DNA of 35,888 nt from Microbacteriaceae bacterium (GTDB lineage Bacteria > Actinomycetota > Actinomycetes > Actinomycetales > Microbacteriaceae). Below are positions 17,566-27,709 of the stretch, piece after piece. Position numbers and translations under genes: made by a program. Location: NCBI GenBank assembly GCA_947447385.1, contig CANFKN010000001.1, positions 1-35,888 of the forward strand, given 5' to 3'. The first letter of the stretch is position 1. Each line of letters begins with the position of its first letter. The notes under the pieces are model-generated. The model was not told the DNA's origin, did no database searches, and saw only the letters and a program-made list of their open reading frames with translations.

Positions 17566-18581
17566 ATTTTTCTCCAAGGCTGAGCCCTATTGACGATCAC
17601 GGCAGCGAGCCAGTTGACCAACAAGGTGATGACAAACAAAACCAAACCGGCGGCCATGAGAGCCTTGACCTCTTCACTGGTGCCTTCGCCAAACTTCTGA
17701 AGCACAAGCGAAGCAATCGAGCCACCCTTGCTTTCAAGAATGTTGAACCAGTTGATGTCTGAAACCAAGTTCAAAACATAGAAGATTGCAACGGTTTCGC
17801 CCAGAGCACGACCGAGGCCAAGCAAAACACCACCGGTCACACCGCCGCTGGCAGTTGGCAGAATCACACGCATGAAGACTGACGAACGACTGCCACCTAG
17901 TGCGAGGGCCGAGTTGATGAGGTCGCGGTCCATCTGGCTAAAGATTTCACGGGTGACCGATGTGATGATTGGAACGATCATCACAGCGACGATCCAGCCA
18001 GCAACGAACGGTGTGCCGCCAAATGTGTTTGGGTCTTTGCCGTTTGACATTGAGAGCAGTGGAATGTCGAACGAAGCAAAACCAAGCTCAACGTGGTGCA
18101 TTGTGTAGAGCAGCTCAGACCAGTGCGAAACCACCGGGGTGAGCACATAGAGACCCCAAAGACCGATAACGATAGAAGGCATGGCTGCTAGGAGGTCGAT
18201 CATCACGGTTGCGACTTTTGCAACTGGCTTTGGCGCCATGAATTCGATGAAGTACGCCGCAGCAATAGCCATCGGCACACCGCCGATAATGCCAAGAATC
18301 GAGATTAGAACCGATCCCCAAAGCATCGGCCCAATCTGAAAGACTTCGTCGCCCTTAGTGTTATTCCACTGGCTGCCAGTTATGAAATCTAGGCCCTGCG
18401 CTTGAAACGTCGATAACGACTGCGAAAACAAGAACAACAGAATCGCTGAAACCAAGATGATCGAGATGCTCGAAGCACCTTTAGTCACCCCATAAAAAAC
18501 ACGGTCGGCAAGCGAAAACGGCTTGGTTCGCAACTGCCGGCGAGGCGGAATTTCGCCACTGGAGTCTTGAAGTTGAGTCAT
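17562..18581 (-). CDS. pstC: Phosphate ABC transporter permease PstC
   Basis: DLLAAMPSIVIGLWG, LGLGRALGETVA and GLVLFVITL motifs. Confidence 0.95.
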   Translation of the reverse strand: MTQLQDSSGEIPPRRQLRTKPFSLADRVFYGVTKGASSISIILVSAILLFLFSQSLSTFQAQGLDFITGSQWNNTKGDEVFQIGPMLWGSVLISILGIIGGVPMAIAAAYFIEFMAPKPVAKVATVMIDLLAAMPSIVIGLWGLYVLTPVVSHWSELLYTMHHVELGFASFDIPLLSMSNGKDPNTFGGTPFVAGWIVAVMIVPIITSVTREIFSQMDRDLINSALALGGSRSSVFMRVILPTASGGVTGGVLLGLGRALGETVAIFYVLNLVSDINWFNILESKGGSIASLVLQKFGEGTSEEVKALMAAGLVLFVITLLVNWLAAVIVNRAQPWRKI

Positions 18582-18620
18582 ATCTCTAGTTTTGCGAAAA
18601 CCCCTTGCGCAAACCTTGTT

Positions 18621-18653
18621 GCAACCTTAACAGAAGGTGAATTGCTGGTTAAC
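18621..18653 (-). promoter_or_regulatory. PHO box: three 11-nt direct-repeat units upstream of pstC
   Basis: Minus strand GTTAACCAGCA-ATTCACCTTCT-GTTAAGGTTGC resembles actinobacterial GTTCAC-type PhoP/RegX3 units. A weak -10 (AAAACT, 18588-18593) sits 6 nt before the pstC ATG. Confidence 0.7.
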
Positions 18654-18657
18654 GAAA

Positions 18658-19020
18658 TTAGCGTGCAGGCCATAAAATGTGCATGCGAGCCACCATTACA
18701 AACACCGTGAACGCACCAATTGCCAAAACATAGTTCGACCAAAACACGCGCTCAACTAGAGACCACAAGACGGCTAGTGCTGGCACGAGCAAGGCGACAA
18801 CCAAATAGATGAAAAACTCTGCCAAGTTCTGCGGGTTGTGGCCCGGCGTTGAGGCAAACACGATTGACGCGACCAACTGGGCGATCAAACTGAGCTCAAC
18901 GGCTAGCAGCGCGCCAAGACCAACAACGTGAGGTGGGCGTTTTGCTAGGCCAAAGCCTGCGGCAAGCAGCGCGGCAGCGAGGGCGATGCCGATCAGGGCA
19001 AAAAACCAAACATCAAGCAT
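18658..19020 (-). CDS. Conserved actinobacterial integral membrane protein
   Basis: Four TM segments with EF..YL, WSLVER..W and VMVARM..LW. The ATG at 19020 overlaps the truB stop. Confidence 0.8.
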   Translation of the reverse strand: MLDVWFFALIGIALAAALLAAGFGLAKRPPHVVGLGALLAVELSLIAQLVASIVFASTPGHNPQNLAEFFIYLVVALLVPALAVLWSLVERVFWSNYVLAIGAFTVFVMVARMHILWPAR

Positions 19021-20029
19021 CTGCAAACACCACTAACGATTTAAATTCGGTCTTATTGACCTGGGTCAAAATGGCTACGAGTTCACCATCGGGGCCAATC
19101 GCAGCCATCTCAGAGCCGACTGCTGAGTTGCTGCGTGCGATGTCAGAAATCACTGGGATGCGCTTGCCGTGCCGAAGGTCAACGACTTCGGCAGGCGAAA
19201 GTTCGCGAGTTGAGAAACGTTTCTGGGCTGCCGAAGCCAAAGGCTCAAGCTTTAAACCGCCAAGCGGCAGGGCGTCTGGGCCGCTCACTAAAGCTGCGAC
19301 GGCATCGCGCTCAGGCAGCGCCTGAGCCATCGTCAAGTCATAGCCGCCGATACGAGTTCGGCGAAGTGCCGTCAGGTGACCACCAACACCGAGGGCATCA
19401 CCGAGGTCTCGCGCCAAAGCCCGAATGTAGGTTCCTGAAGAGCAATCGACGATGACGTCGAGGTCAATGAAGCCGCGAGCTTCACCATCAATTTCTTCGC
19501 TAATTACTCTTGGCTCACCAAGAACCTCAAATCGGCTAACCGTCACCGGCCTGGCCTTCAACTGCACGGTGTCTCCCCCGCGCACCAAAGCATAGGCACG
19601 TTCACCATCAACCTTGATTGCGCTGACTGAACTCGGCACCTGCAAAATCTCACCGGTGAGCAACCTCACCTGAGCTTTGAGAGGCTCGGGCAAAACGCGA
19701 CCATCAGACCCAACGAGCTCAGCTAGGCGCCGAGCAACTTCGACTGCTGGGCGGGAATCCGAGTTTAAAAAATCGCCCTCAGCGTCGTCGGTCACCGTTG
19801 CAGCACCCAAACGAATTGTGGCGATATAGGTTTTATCTTCGCCAACCACGAAAGTGAGCAATTTAGTAGCCGAATTAATGCCGAGCACTAAAAGGCCAGT
19901 CGCCATTGGGTCAAGTGTGCCAGCGTGGCCAACTTTTTTAGTGCCAGCCAAACGTCGCACTCTGGCGACAACATCGTGACTCGTCATGCCAGTTGGTTTG
20001 TCAACCAACACCAAACCCGATGTAGTCAT
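19013..20029 (-). CDS. truB: tRNA pseudouridine(55) synthase
   Basis: VDKPTGMTSHDVV, VGHAGTLDPMATG and CSSGTYIRALARDLG motifs. The ATG at 20029 is preferred over the TTG at 20044. Confidence 0.97.
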   Translation of the reverse strand: MTTSGLVLVDKPTGMTSHDVVARVRRLAGTKKVGHAGTLDPMATGLLVLGINSATKLLTFVVGEDKTYIATIRLGAATVTDDAEGDFLNSDSRPAVEVARRLAELVGSDGRVLPEPLKAQVRLLTGEILQVPSSVSAIKVDGERAYALVRGGDTVQLKARPVTVSRFEVLGEPRVISEEIDGEARGFIDLDVIVDCSSGTYIRALARDLGDALGVGGHLTALRRTRIGGYDLTMAQALPERDAVAALVSGPDALPLGGLKLEPLASAAQKRFSTRELSPAEVVDLRHGKRIPVISDIARSNSAVGSEMAAIGPDGELVAILTQVNKTEFKSLVVFADA

Positions 20030-20053
20030 TGGAGGTCGGTTCAAAGTGAGAGC

Positions 20054-20503
20054 CTAAGCCTCGTCGTCTTCGTCATCGCCGGCAACTCGAGGTTCTTTAT
20101 AGGGGTTAGCCTCTCCAGCCCACTGAGCGTTCTCAGCGAGCTTGGCAACCTCAGCGTCACGTGCTTTAGCCTCAGCCAGCAAATCGTTCAGGGCTGCAGC
20201 CGTTTCTGGAACTTCGTCCATGATGAACTCAAGAGTCGGCGTGAGACGAATCGAAAGATTGTGACCGACACTGCCTCGAATGCGACCGCGGTTCTTCTCA
20301 ATAATTTCTGAAGAGCGAGTCTTTTCTTCGGCTGTGCCCCACACTGTATAAAACACTGTGGCGTGCTGAAGGTCAGGTGTGACCTTCACGTCGGTAATGG
20401 TGACGAAGCCTAGTTCAGAGTCTTTGACAGTGTGTTCTAGGGCTTCGGCAACCAAAACCTTAATGCGTTCTGCGAGCTTGCGCGCTCTTGCGTGATCAAC
20501 CAT
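20054..20503 (-). CDS. rbfA: Ribosome-binding factor A
   Basis: VTITDVKVTPDLQHATVFYT and RLTPTLEF motifs; directly after infB; SD AGGAG. Confidence 0.96.
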   Translation of the reverse strand: MVDHARARKLAERIKVLVAEALEHTVKDSELGFVTITDVKVTPDLQHATVFYTVWGTAEEKTRSSEIIEKNRGRIRGSVGHNLSIRLTPTLEFIMDEVPETAAALNDLLAEAKARDAEVAKLAENAQWAGEANPYKEPRVAGDDEDDEA

Positions 20504-20515
20504 TCTGAGCTCCTA

Positions 20516-23305
20516 TTAGACGCGCGGCTTTTCGCGCATCTCGTAGGTCTCGATGATGTCTTCGAGCTCGAGGTCGTTGAAACCACCAAGGCCGATACCA
20601 CACTCGTAGTCTGTCTTGACTTCGGTGGCGTCGTCTTTGAAGCGCTTGAGCGAGTCAATCTTGACGTTCTCGACGATGACCTTGCCGTCACGAATAACAC
20701 GGGCTGAGCTGTTGCGACGGATGCTGCCAGTGCGCACGATTGAACCGGCAATGGTGCCGACCTTCGACGACTTGAACAGCTCGCGAACCTCTGCGGTGCC
20801 GAGTTTGTACTCTTCGTATTCTGGCTTGAGCATGCCCTTAAGCGCTGCTTCGATGTCGTCAAGTGCAGCATAGATGACTGAGTAGTGGCGAATGTCGACA
20901 CCCTCGCGGTCAGCACGCTCTTTGGCCTTGTTGTCTGGGCGCACGTTGAAGCCAATGATGATTGCGTTGTCAACGGTAGCGAGGTTAACGTCGCTCTCGG
21001 TGATCGCACCAACACCACGGTGAATGATGCGCAACTGAACGCTGTCGTCAACTTCGATCTTGAGCAATGAGTCTTCGAGAGCTTCAACAGCACCAGAAAC
21101 GTCACCCTTGATGACCAAGTTGAGAGACTCAACCTTGCCATCTTCAAGAGCTTTAGTGAAGTCTTCAAGGCTGATGCGCTTGCGAGTCTTAGCCAACAGA
21201 GCGTTGCGGTCAGCAGCTTCGCGTTTCTCAGCGATCTGGCGAGCCTGGCGCTCATCGTCAGTGACCACAAATGTGTCACCAGCGCGAGGCACCGACTGCA
21301 GACCAAGAACCTGAACGGCGCGGCTTGGAGTTGCCTCAGCAACTGTCTTGCCGTTCTCGTCAAACATGGCACGCACGCGACCGTGAGCTGCACCGGCAAC
21401 GATTGAGTCACCGACACGCAAGGTGCCCGACTGAATCAGTACGGTAGCAACTGAACCGCGACCCTTGTCAAGGTTGGCTTCGATGGCAACACCACGAGCG
21501 TCTTTATTTGGGTTGGCACGCATGTCAAGAGCTGCGTCTGCTGTTAGCAGAACTGCGTCTAGGAGTTCAGGAATGCCAGCACCGGTTAGAGCAGAAACGT
21601 TGACGAACATTACGTCACCGCCATACTCTTCAGCAAGCAAGTTGAACTCGGTCAACTGCTGGCGAATCTTGTCTGGGTTTGCACCCTGCTTATCAACCTT
21701 GTTGACGGCAACAACGATTGGCACGCCAGCCGACTGAGCGTGGTTCAACGCTTCAATCGTCTGAGGCATTACACCGTCATCGGCAGCTACAACCAAGATT
21801 GCGATGTCAGTGACCTGAGCACCACGAGCACGCATAGCGGTGAACGCCTCGTGACCTGGGGTGTCAATGAAGGTGATTGCGCGGTCGATGCCTTCGTGCA
21901 TGGTGTGCACCTGGTAGGCACCAATGTGCTGGGTAATGCCACCGGCCTCGCCAGCCTGAACGTTCGAGTTGCGAATCGAGTCAAGCAAACGGGTCTTTCC
22001 GTGGTCAACGTGACCCATGACGGTGACAACCGGAGGGCGAGCCTCAAGGTCTTCTTCTTCGTCGTCATAGTCGGTTGAAACGTCAAGGCCAAAGCCTTCG
22101 AACAGCTCGCGCTCTTCGTCTTCAGGCGAAACAACTTCAATCTTGTAACCAAGTTCTTGGCCAAGAATCTGCATGGTCTCTTCGTCGAGCGAAGCGGTTG
22201 CAGTGGTCATCTGGCCAAGGTGGAACAACACGGTGATCAGCTGACCTGCATTGCCATCAATCTTGTCGGCGAAGTCTTGAACGCTTGAACCGCGGCGCAA
22301 GCGAATGCTTGTGCTGCCATCGCCACGTGGCACAACAGCGCCACCTAGGCTAGGCGCACTTCTCTGCTCAAACTCTTCGCGTTTCGCGCGCTTTGACTTG
22401 CGAGCCTTGCTCTGGCCGCGACCGCCACCCTTGCCAAATGCACCTGCAGTGCCACTGCCTGTGCCGCGACCGCCACGACCCGCTGGGCCGCCGCCGCCAC
22501 CTGCTGGGCGAGTGAAACCTGCGCCGCCACCAGCACCTGGTGCGCCACCTGGGCGGCTAAAGCCAGCGCCACCTCCGGCACCACCTGGGCGACTGAAACC
22601 TGCGCCAGGAGCTCCCGCTGGGCGTGGACCACCAGGGCGACCTGCGCCGCCAGGGCCACCAGCACCTGCTGGGCGTGGACCGCCAGGGCGACCTGCGCCG
22701 CCAGGGCCACCAGCACCAGCTGGGCGAGGGCCGCGGCCCATGCCCTGGTTGCTTGAGAACGGGTTATTGCCCGGGCGTGAAACTGGGCGAGGAATGCCCA
22801 TGCCCTGACTTGAAGCAAATGGGTTGTTGCCGGGGCGTGGGATGCCCGGAACTGCGCCAGGAGTAGCAGCTGGTGCTGCGCCTGGTGTTGCTGCCGCGGG
22901 TGCTGCGGCTGCAGCAGCCGGTGTTGCTGGTGCAGCAGCGGCTTCTGGTGTTGCGGGTGCAGCAGGCTCGGCTGAGTTTGTAGGCTTTGCGCCTGGTTTA
23001 GCTGAAGGCTTTGATGCGCTCGCTGGCGCAGGTGCGGCAGCTGATGCTGGTGCAGCCGGTGCCATAGCGGCAGGCGCAGCTGGTGCAGCAGCCTCAGCAG
23101 CAGGTGCCGCCTTCGGTGCTGGCGCAGCCTTTGGCTCGACCGGTTTTGCGTTCGGAAAAGCCTCGCGTAGCTTCTTGGCTACCGGTGGTGTGATGGTTGA
23201 TGAACCAGCCTTGACGTATTCGCCAAGTTCTTTTAGTTTGGCCAACGCCTCTTTGGTGTCAATACCAAGTTCGTTAGCAATGTCGTAAACGCGTGGAAGC
23301 GCCAA
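20516..23305 (-). CDS. infB: Translation initiation factor IF-2
   Basis: [24 protein letters not shown] and NKVD motifs; Pro/Gly/Ala-rich N-terminal linker; TTG start with SD AGGAGA at 23311-23316. Confidence 0.99.
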   Translation of the reverse strand: MALPRVYDIANELGIDTKEALAKLKELGEYVKAGSSTITPPVAKKLREAFPNAKPVEPKAAPAPKAAPAAEAAAPAAPAAMAPAAPASAAAPAPASASKPSAKPGAKPTNSAEPAAPATPEAAAAPATPAAAAAAPAAATPGAAPAATPGAVPGIPRPGNNPFASSQGMGIPRPVSRPGNNPFSSNQGMGRGPRPAGAGGPGGAGRPGGPRPAGAGGPGGAGRPGGPRPAGAPGAGFSRPGGAGGGAGFSRPGGAPGAGGGAGFTRPAGGGGGPAGRGGRGTGSGTAGAFGKGGGRGQSKARKSKRAKREEFEQRSAPSLGGAVVPRGDGSTSIRLRRGSSVQDFADKIDGNAGQLITVLFHLGQMTTATASLDEETMQILGQELGYKIEVVSPEDEERELFEGFGLDVSTDYDDEEEDLEARPPVVTVMGHVDHGKTRLLDSIRNSNVQAGEAGGITQHIGAYQVHTMHEGIDRAITFIDTPGHEAFTAMRARGAQVTDIAILVVAADDGVMPQTIEALNHAQSAGVPIVVAVNKVDKQGANPDKIRQQLTEFNLLAEEYGGDVMFVNVSALTGAGIPELLDAVLLTADAALDMRANPNKDARGVAIEANLDKGRGSVATVLIQSGTLRVGDSIVAGAAHGRVRAMFDENGKTVAEATPSRAVQVLGLQSVPRAGDTFVVTDDERQARQIAEKREAADRNALLAKTRKRISLEDFTKALEDGKVESLNLVIKGDVSGAVEALEDSLLKIEVDDSVQLRIIHRGVGAITESDVNLATVDNAIIIGFNVRPDNKAKERADREGVDIRHYSVIYAALDDIEAALKGMLKPEYEEYKLGTAEVRELFKSSKVGTIAGSIVRTGSIRRNSSARVIRDGKVIVENVKIDSLKRFKDDATEVKTDYECGIGLGGFNDLELEDIIETYEMREKPRV

Positions 23306-23310
23306 GTTAT

Positions 23311-23385
23311 TCTCCTGATCTAGGGGCCTACCCTAGGTCAGGGCAGGCCATTAAAGCTGTTGGGTTCTCATTTCGAGATACTCAT
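23311..23385 (-). promoter_or_regulatory. infB leader: three coupled mini-ORFs plus two alternative hairpins
   Basis: Mini-ORFs MSISK* (23385-23368), MRTQQL* (23371-23351) and MACPDLG* (23351-23328). Hairpins 23325-23349 and 23314-23342 are mutually exclusive. Confidence 0.65.
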
Positions 23386-23651
23386 TTTGTTGCCAACATC
23401 GTTTCTGCCTGTTCTATTGGTTGGGTTAGAGCTGAGACATCAAAAGGGCCGTCGGTGCGCAGTGCGCGACCAAAAGCTCGGCGTTCGATGGCTACATTCA
23501 AACACTTTTTGTTTGCATGAAGCCATGCTCCCCGGCCAGACAAACCACCCCGCTCGTCAATCACAAGTTTTTGTGCTGACATTGCAACGCGCAATAAGTC
23601 TGATCGTGATGCACGTTGGCGACAGCCAACGCAGGTTCTAATCGGTTCCAT
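23382..23651 (-). CDS. ylxR: YlxR/DUF448-family RNA-binding protein
   Basis: PIRTCVGCR, DLLRV, GRGAWLH and RAFGRALR motifs; located between nusA and infB. Confidence 0.92.
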   Translation of the reverse strand: MEPIRTCVGCRQRASRSDLLRVAMSAQKLVIDERGGLSGRGAWLHANKKCLNVAIERRAFGRALRTDGPFDVSALTQPIEQAETMLATK

Positions 23652-23681
23652 TCTAACCCCGTTTAGCGATTTGGGCTAGAA

Positions 23682-24659
23682 CTAGTCGTCTTCGAGAATG
23701 CTGTCGGGTTGAACGTCGATTTTTGCACCGGTTAGTTTTGCTGCAAGTCGAACGTTTTGACCCTCTTTGCCGATTGCCAATGACAGTTGAAAGTCTGGCA
23801 CCAACGCGCGCACCTGGCGGTTTGCAGCGTCAATCATGTAGCAAGAAGAAACCTTGGCCGGCGAAAGCGCCTGTGCAACGAACTCTGGCAAGTTTTCGCT
23901 GAAGTCAACGATGTCAATTTTTTCTTCGTTCAACTCAGCCTGAACGGCGCGCACACGCTGACCGAGCTCGCCAATGCAAGAACCCTTGGCGTTAACGCCT
24001 TCTTGACTAGTGCGAACTGCGATTTTGGTGCGGTGGCCAGCTTCACGAGCCACTGAAACTATCTCAACGACACCACTTGCGATTTCAGGAACCTCAAGTG
24101 CAAAAAGCTTTCGCACCAACGACGGGTGGCTGCGTGAAACGGTGATCTGTGGGCCTCGGGTGCCCTTGACCACGTTGGTCACAAAGAAACGCATGCGCTT
24201 GTTGTGGCTGTAATCTTCGCCAGGAACCTGCTCTTCAGGAGGCAAAATCGCCTCAACGGTGCCGAGGTTCACATAAATCAAGAAAGGCTTCGGGCCCTGC
24301 TGAATTACGCCGGTGACAATTTGGTCTTTTTTGTCGATGTATTCGCCCAAAAGACTGTCGTCGTTGATTGCACGCAAACGCTGAGCGATTACCTGTTTAG
24401 CCGAATAGGCCGCAATGCGACCAAAGTTCTCTGGTGTGGCAAGCTTTTCGCCGGTCTCTTCGCCGTCTTCATCGAGCTCGGGAACATAGATGTTCACGTG
24501 ACCGGTGGTGCGGTTTAGCTCGGCGCGAGCTTTATCGTGGTTGCCAACGTGGCGGTGATAAGCGGCGAGAATCGCCTCTTCAATGATCTGCACTTGCTCG
24601 CCAAACGGAATGTTGTATTCACGCTCGACGCCCTTCAGCACGGCCAATTCGATGTCCAT
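23682..24659 (-). CDS. nusA: Transcription termination/antitermination factor NusA
   Basis: FGRIAA, VSRSHP, AREAGHRTKIAV and SLAIGKEGQNVRLAAKLTG motifs; SD GGAGG. Confidence 0.97.
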   Translation of the reverse strand: MDIELAVLKGVEREYNIPFGEQVQIIEEAILAAYHRHVGNHDKARAELNRTTGHVNIYVPELDEDGEETGEKLATPENFGRIAAYSAKQVIAQRLRAINDDSLLGEYIDKKDQIVTGVIQQGPKPFLIYVNLGTVEAILPPEEQVPGEDYSHNKRMRFFVTNVVKGTRGPQITVSRSHPSLVRKLFALEVPEIASGVVEIVSVAREAGHRTKIAVRTSQEGVNAKGSCIGELGQRVRAVQAELNEEKIDIVDFSENLPEFVAQALSPAKVSSCYMIDAANRQVRALVPDFQLSLAIGKEGQNVRLAAKLTGAKIDVQPDSILEDD

Positions 24660-24677
24660 TGGTGCCTCCCAGGCTAT

Positions 24678-26459
24678 TTAAAGTTCTTGTAGTGCTGATT
24701 CTACCTTGACTGGGCGACGCTCGCCTGTGGCGCGGTTCCAAATGTCAACCTCACCATTGGCTAGGCCTTTGCCGACAATGACAATCTTTGGCACACCGAT
24801 GAGTTCAGCATCGCCAAACTTCACACCGGGGCTGACCTTGGCACGGTCATCAAGAATCACTGATTTGCCAGCAGCTTCGAACTCTGCGGCAAGCTTTTCG
24901 GCTGCCTCATAAACCTCGTCGTCTTTGCCAGCAGCAACGATATAGACATCGGCTGGTGAAACTGCAGCCGGCCAGATTAGGCCCTTGTCATCGTGGTTGG
25001 CTTCGGCAAGAACAGCGAGAATGCGCGTAACGCCAATGCCATAGCTGCCCATGGTGACGGTTACGAGCTTGCCGTTTTCGTCTAGAACTTTGAGTTCAAG
25101 CGCTTCGGCATATTTGCGACCAAGTTTGAAAACGTGACCGATTTCGATGCCGCGAGCCAGTTCAAGTGGGCCTGAGCCGTCGGGTGCTTCATCGCCTGCT
25201 TTGACTTCGGCGAGGTCAACGAAACCGTCGGCAACAAAGTCGCGGCCGGCAACAACGCTAAACAGGTGGGTGTCGGCTTCGTTTGCGCCGGTGATCCAAT
25301 TCGAACCTTCGACAACGCGAGGGTCGACGAGGTAGCGAATGCCGCTGGTTGACTTGGTGCCAAGAACCGCACTGGTCGAGCCGTCGGCGGCGAGCGCAAC
25401 TGGGCCGATATAGCCCTTGACTAGCTCTGGGTGCTTAGCGAAGTCGGCGTCGCCCGCTGGCTCAACTTCGTTTGGCGAGAAAGCTGCTTCGGCACGCTTT
25501 GGTTCGACCTCGCGGTCACCTGGCACGGCAACCACAACGAGTTCGCGCTTGCCGGTTGGGCTGGTTAGCGCCAAAACCACGTGCTTTAGGGTGTCGCTGG
25601 CTTGCCACTCGCGACCATCTGCGCGCTTTAGGTCTGGGTTGGCGTTAGCCAAGGCAACCAAAGGCTTAATGCCTGTTGTCTTTGGAGTGCTCACCTTGTG
25701 AGCTGCCGCCTGGCCTTCAATTGCGACGGATGCTGGCGGAACAGTTGCAACAGCCTCAACGTTTGCCGCATAACCGCCCGGCGAGCGCACAAAGGTGTCT
25801 TCGCCGATGGCTGATGGTGAGAGGAACTCTTCGCTGGCTGAACCGCCCATAGCACCTGCATCGGCGCGCACAATTACATATTCAACGCCGAGACGGGTGA
25901 AGATGCGCTCGTAGGCATCACGCTGGGCTTGATAGGCCTTGTCGAGACCCTCATCTGTCACGTCGAAGCTGTAGGCGTCTTTCATGACGAACTCGCGGCC
26001 TCGAAGTAGGCCGGCGCGTGGTCGGGCTTCGTCGCGATATTTGTTCTGAATCTGAAAAAGGGCCACAGGTAGGTCTTTGTAGCTCGAATATAGGTCTTTC
26101 ACCAAGAGCGTGAACATCTCTTCGTGGGTTGGAGCTAGCAGATAATCAGCCTTTTTGCGGTCTTGCAGACGAAATAGGTTGTCGCCATATTCTGTCCAGC
26201 GGCCAGTGGCCTCATAGGGTTCGCGTGGCAATAGCGCCGGAAAAAACACTTCTTGCGCGCCAGCATTCGCCATTTCTTCGCGCACGACCTTTTCGATCTT
26301 GGCTTTTACGGCCAAGCCAAGCGGCAACCAGGTGTAGATACCGGGGGCGGCGCGACGAATGTAGCCAGCGCGAAGCAATAGCTTGTGGCTGGCGACCTCA
26401 GCCTCAGCTGGGTCTTCTCGAAGCGTGCGCAGAAACAGGTTTGATAGGCGAATTGGCAT
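24678..26459 (-). CDS. proS: Proline--tRNA ligase (with INS editing domain)
   Basis: [33 protein letters not shown] and MGSYGIG motifs; TAAACT 7 nt before the ATG. Confidence 0.98.
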   Translation of the reverse strand: MPIRLSNLFLRTLREDPAEAEVASHKLLLRAGYIRRAAPGIYTWLPLGLAVKAKIEKVVREEMANAGAQEVFFPALLPREPYEATGRWTEYGDNLFRLQDRKKADYLLAPTHEEMFTLLVKDLYSSYKDLPVALFQIQNKYRDEARPRAGLLRGREFVMKDAYSFDVTDEGLDKAYQAQRDAYERIFTRLGVEYVIVRADAGAMGGSASEEFLSPSAIGEDTFVRSPGGYAANVEAVATVPPASVAIEGQAAAHKVSTPKTTGIKPLVALANANPDLKRADGREWQASDTLKHVVLALTSPTGKRELVVVAVPGDREVEPKRAEAAFSPNEVEPAGDADFAKHPELVKGYIGPVALAADGSTSAVLGTKSTSGIRYLVDPRVVEGSNWITGANEADTHLFSVVAGRDFVADGFVDLAEVKAGDEAPDGSGPLELARGIEIGHVFKLGRKYAEALELKVLDENGKLVTVTMGSYGIGVTRILAVLAEANHDDKGLIWPAAVSPADVYIVAAGKDDEVYEAAEKLAAEFEAAGKSVILDDRAKVSPGVKFGDAELIGVPKIVIVGKGLANGEVDIWNRATGERRPVKVESALQEL

Positions 26460-26479
26460 GCCTACAAGTTTAGGCGAGG

Positions 26480-27631
26480 CTATTTGATGATTTCGACCGT
26501 TGGTGAACCAAGCGCGGCTGGCATTTCGGCCGCCATGCGATTTGCTTCTTCAATCAGGGTCGCAACGATTTCGCTCTCAGGCACTGTCTTAATGACTTCA
26601 CCCTTCACAAAAATCTGGCCTTTGCCGTTGCCCGATGCAACACCGAGATCGGCTTCGCGAGCTTCACCAGGGCCGTTAACCACACAACCCATCACGGCAA
26701 CGCGCAGTGGCACGGTTAGCTTCTCAAGACCAGCGGTCACGTCGTTGGCAAGCTTATAAACGTCAACCTGAGCGCGACCACAGCTTGGGCAACTGACGAT
26801 TTCAAGCTTGCGAGGGCGAAGGTTGAGGCTTTCGAGAATCTGTGAGCCAACTTTGATTTCTTGAGCTGGTGGAGCCGAAAGCGAAACACGAATGGTGTCG
26901 CCGATGCCCTGCGAAAGCAAAGCGCCGAAGGCAACCGAAGACTTGATGGTGCCCTGAAACTCTGGGCCAGCCTCGGTGACACCGAGGTGAAGTGGCCAGT
27001 CGCCGCGCTCGGCAAGCAGCTGATAGGCGCGAACCATGATCACAGGGTCGTTGTGCTTGACCGAGATTTTGAAATCGTGAAAGTCGTGCTCTTCGAACAG
27101 GCTGGCCTCCCACACTGCTGACTCAACTAGAGCCTCAGGGGTTGCCTTGCCATATTTTTGCAAGAGGCGCGGGTCAAGCGAACCGGCGTTCACGCCAATG
27201 CGAATCGAAACACCAGCGTCTTTGGCTGCCTTGGCGATTGCGCCAACCTGGTCATCGAACTGGCGAATGTTGCCAGGGTTCACGCGAACCGCGCCACAAC
27301 CGGCGTCGATGGCCTGAAAAACATACTTTGGCTGAAAGTGAATGTCAGCGATAACCGGAATCTGCGACTTGCGCGCAATGATGTGCAAAACATCTGCGTC
27401 ATCTTGGCTTGGGCAAGCAACGCGAACAATGTCGCAACCGCTGGCGGTGAGCTCGGCAATCTGCTGCAGTGTTCCGTTGATGTCTGTGGTTGGTGTGGTG
27501 GTCATTGATTGCACGCTGATTGGCGCATCGCCACCAACGGCAACCTTGCCCACCATGATTTTGCGTGAGACACGACGCGGAGCGATAACAGCAGGCTTTG
27601 AGCCAGGCATACCGAGGTTAATTGCAGCCAA
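26480..27631 (-). CDS. ispG: (E)-4-hydroxy-3-methylbut-2-enyl-diphosphate synthase
   Basis: [26 protein letters not shown] and the Fe-S ligands CPSCGR...[10 protein letters not shown]. The TTG at 27631 is preferred because the SD AAGGT lies 6 nt upstream; the GTG at 27637 abuts the SD. Confidence 0.97.
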   Translation of the reverse strand: MAAINLGMPGSKPAVIAPRRVSRKIMVGKVAVGGDAPISVQSMTTTPTTDINGTLQQIAELTASGCDIVRVACPSQDDADVLHIIARKSQIPVIADIHFQPKYVFQAIDAGCGAVRVNPGNIRQFDDQVGAIAKAAKDAGVSIRIGVNAGSLDPRLLQKYGKATPEALVESAVWEASLFEEHDFHDFKISVKHNDPVIMVRAYQLLAERGDWPLHLGVTEAGPEFQGTIKSSVAFGALLSQGIGDTIRVSLSAPPAQEIKVGSQILESLNLRPRKLEIVSCPSCGRAQVDVYKLANDVTAGLEKLTVPLRVAVMGCVVNGPGEAREADLGVASGNGKGQIFVKGEVIKTVPESEIVATLIEEANRMAAEMPAALGSPTVEIIK

Positions 27632-27709
27632 TTTCACACCTTTTCAAAGAGACTGCGCCTTGCGAGAGCTTTCGCATGGCACAAATTGTGATGATTCAAG
27701 CATAAATGG

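Noticed and set aside
14486-18657. pst block as a mobile element
   Set aside because: No integrase or transposase, terminal repeats, target duplication or obvious compositional shift seen.
20437-21417. 326-aa same-strand alternative-frame ORF inside infB
   Set aside because: Its Ser/Thr/Leu/Arg-rich composition is typical of an off-frame read of a highly biased gene; it has no SD or domain signal.
22480-23150. Gly/Pro/Ala repeats in infB ([17 protein letters not shown] twice, RPGNNPF twice)
   Set aside because: This is the ordinary low-complexity linker of actinobacterial IF2.
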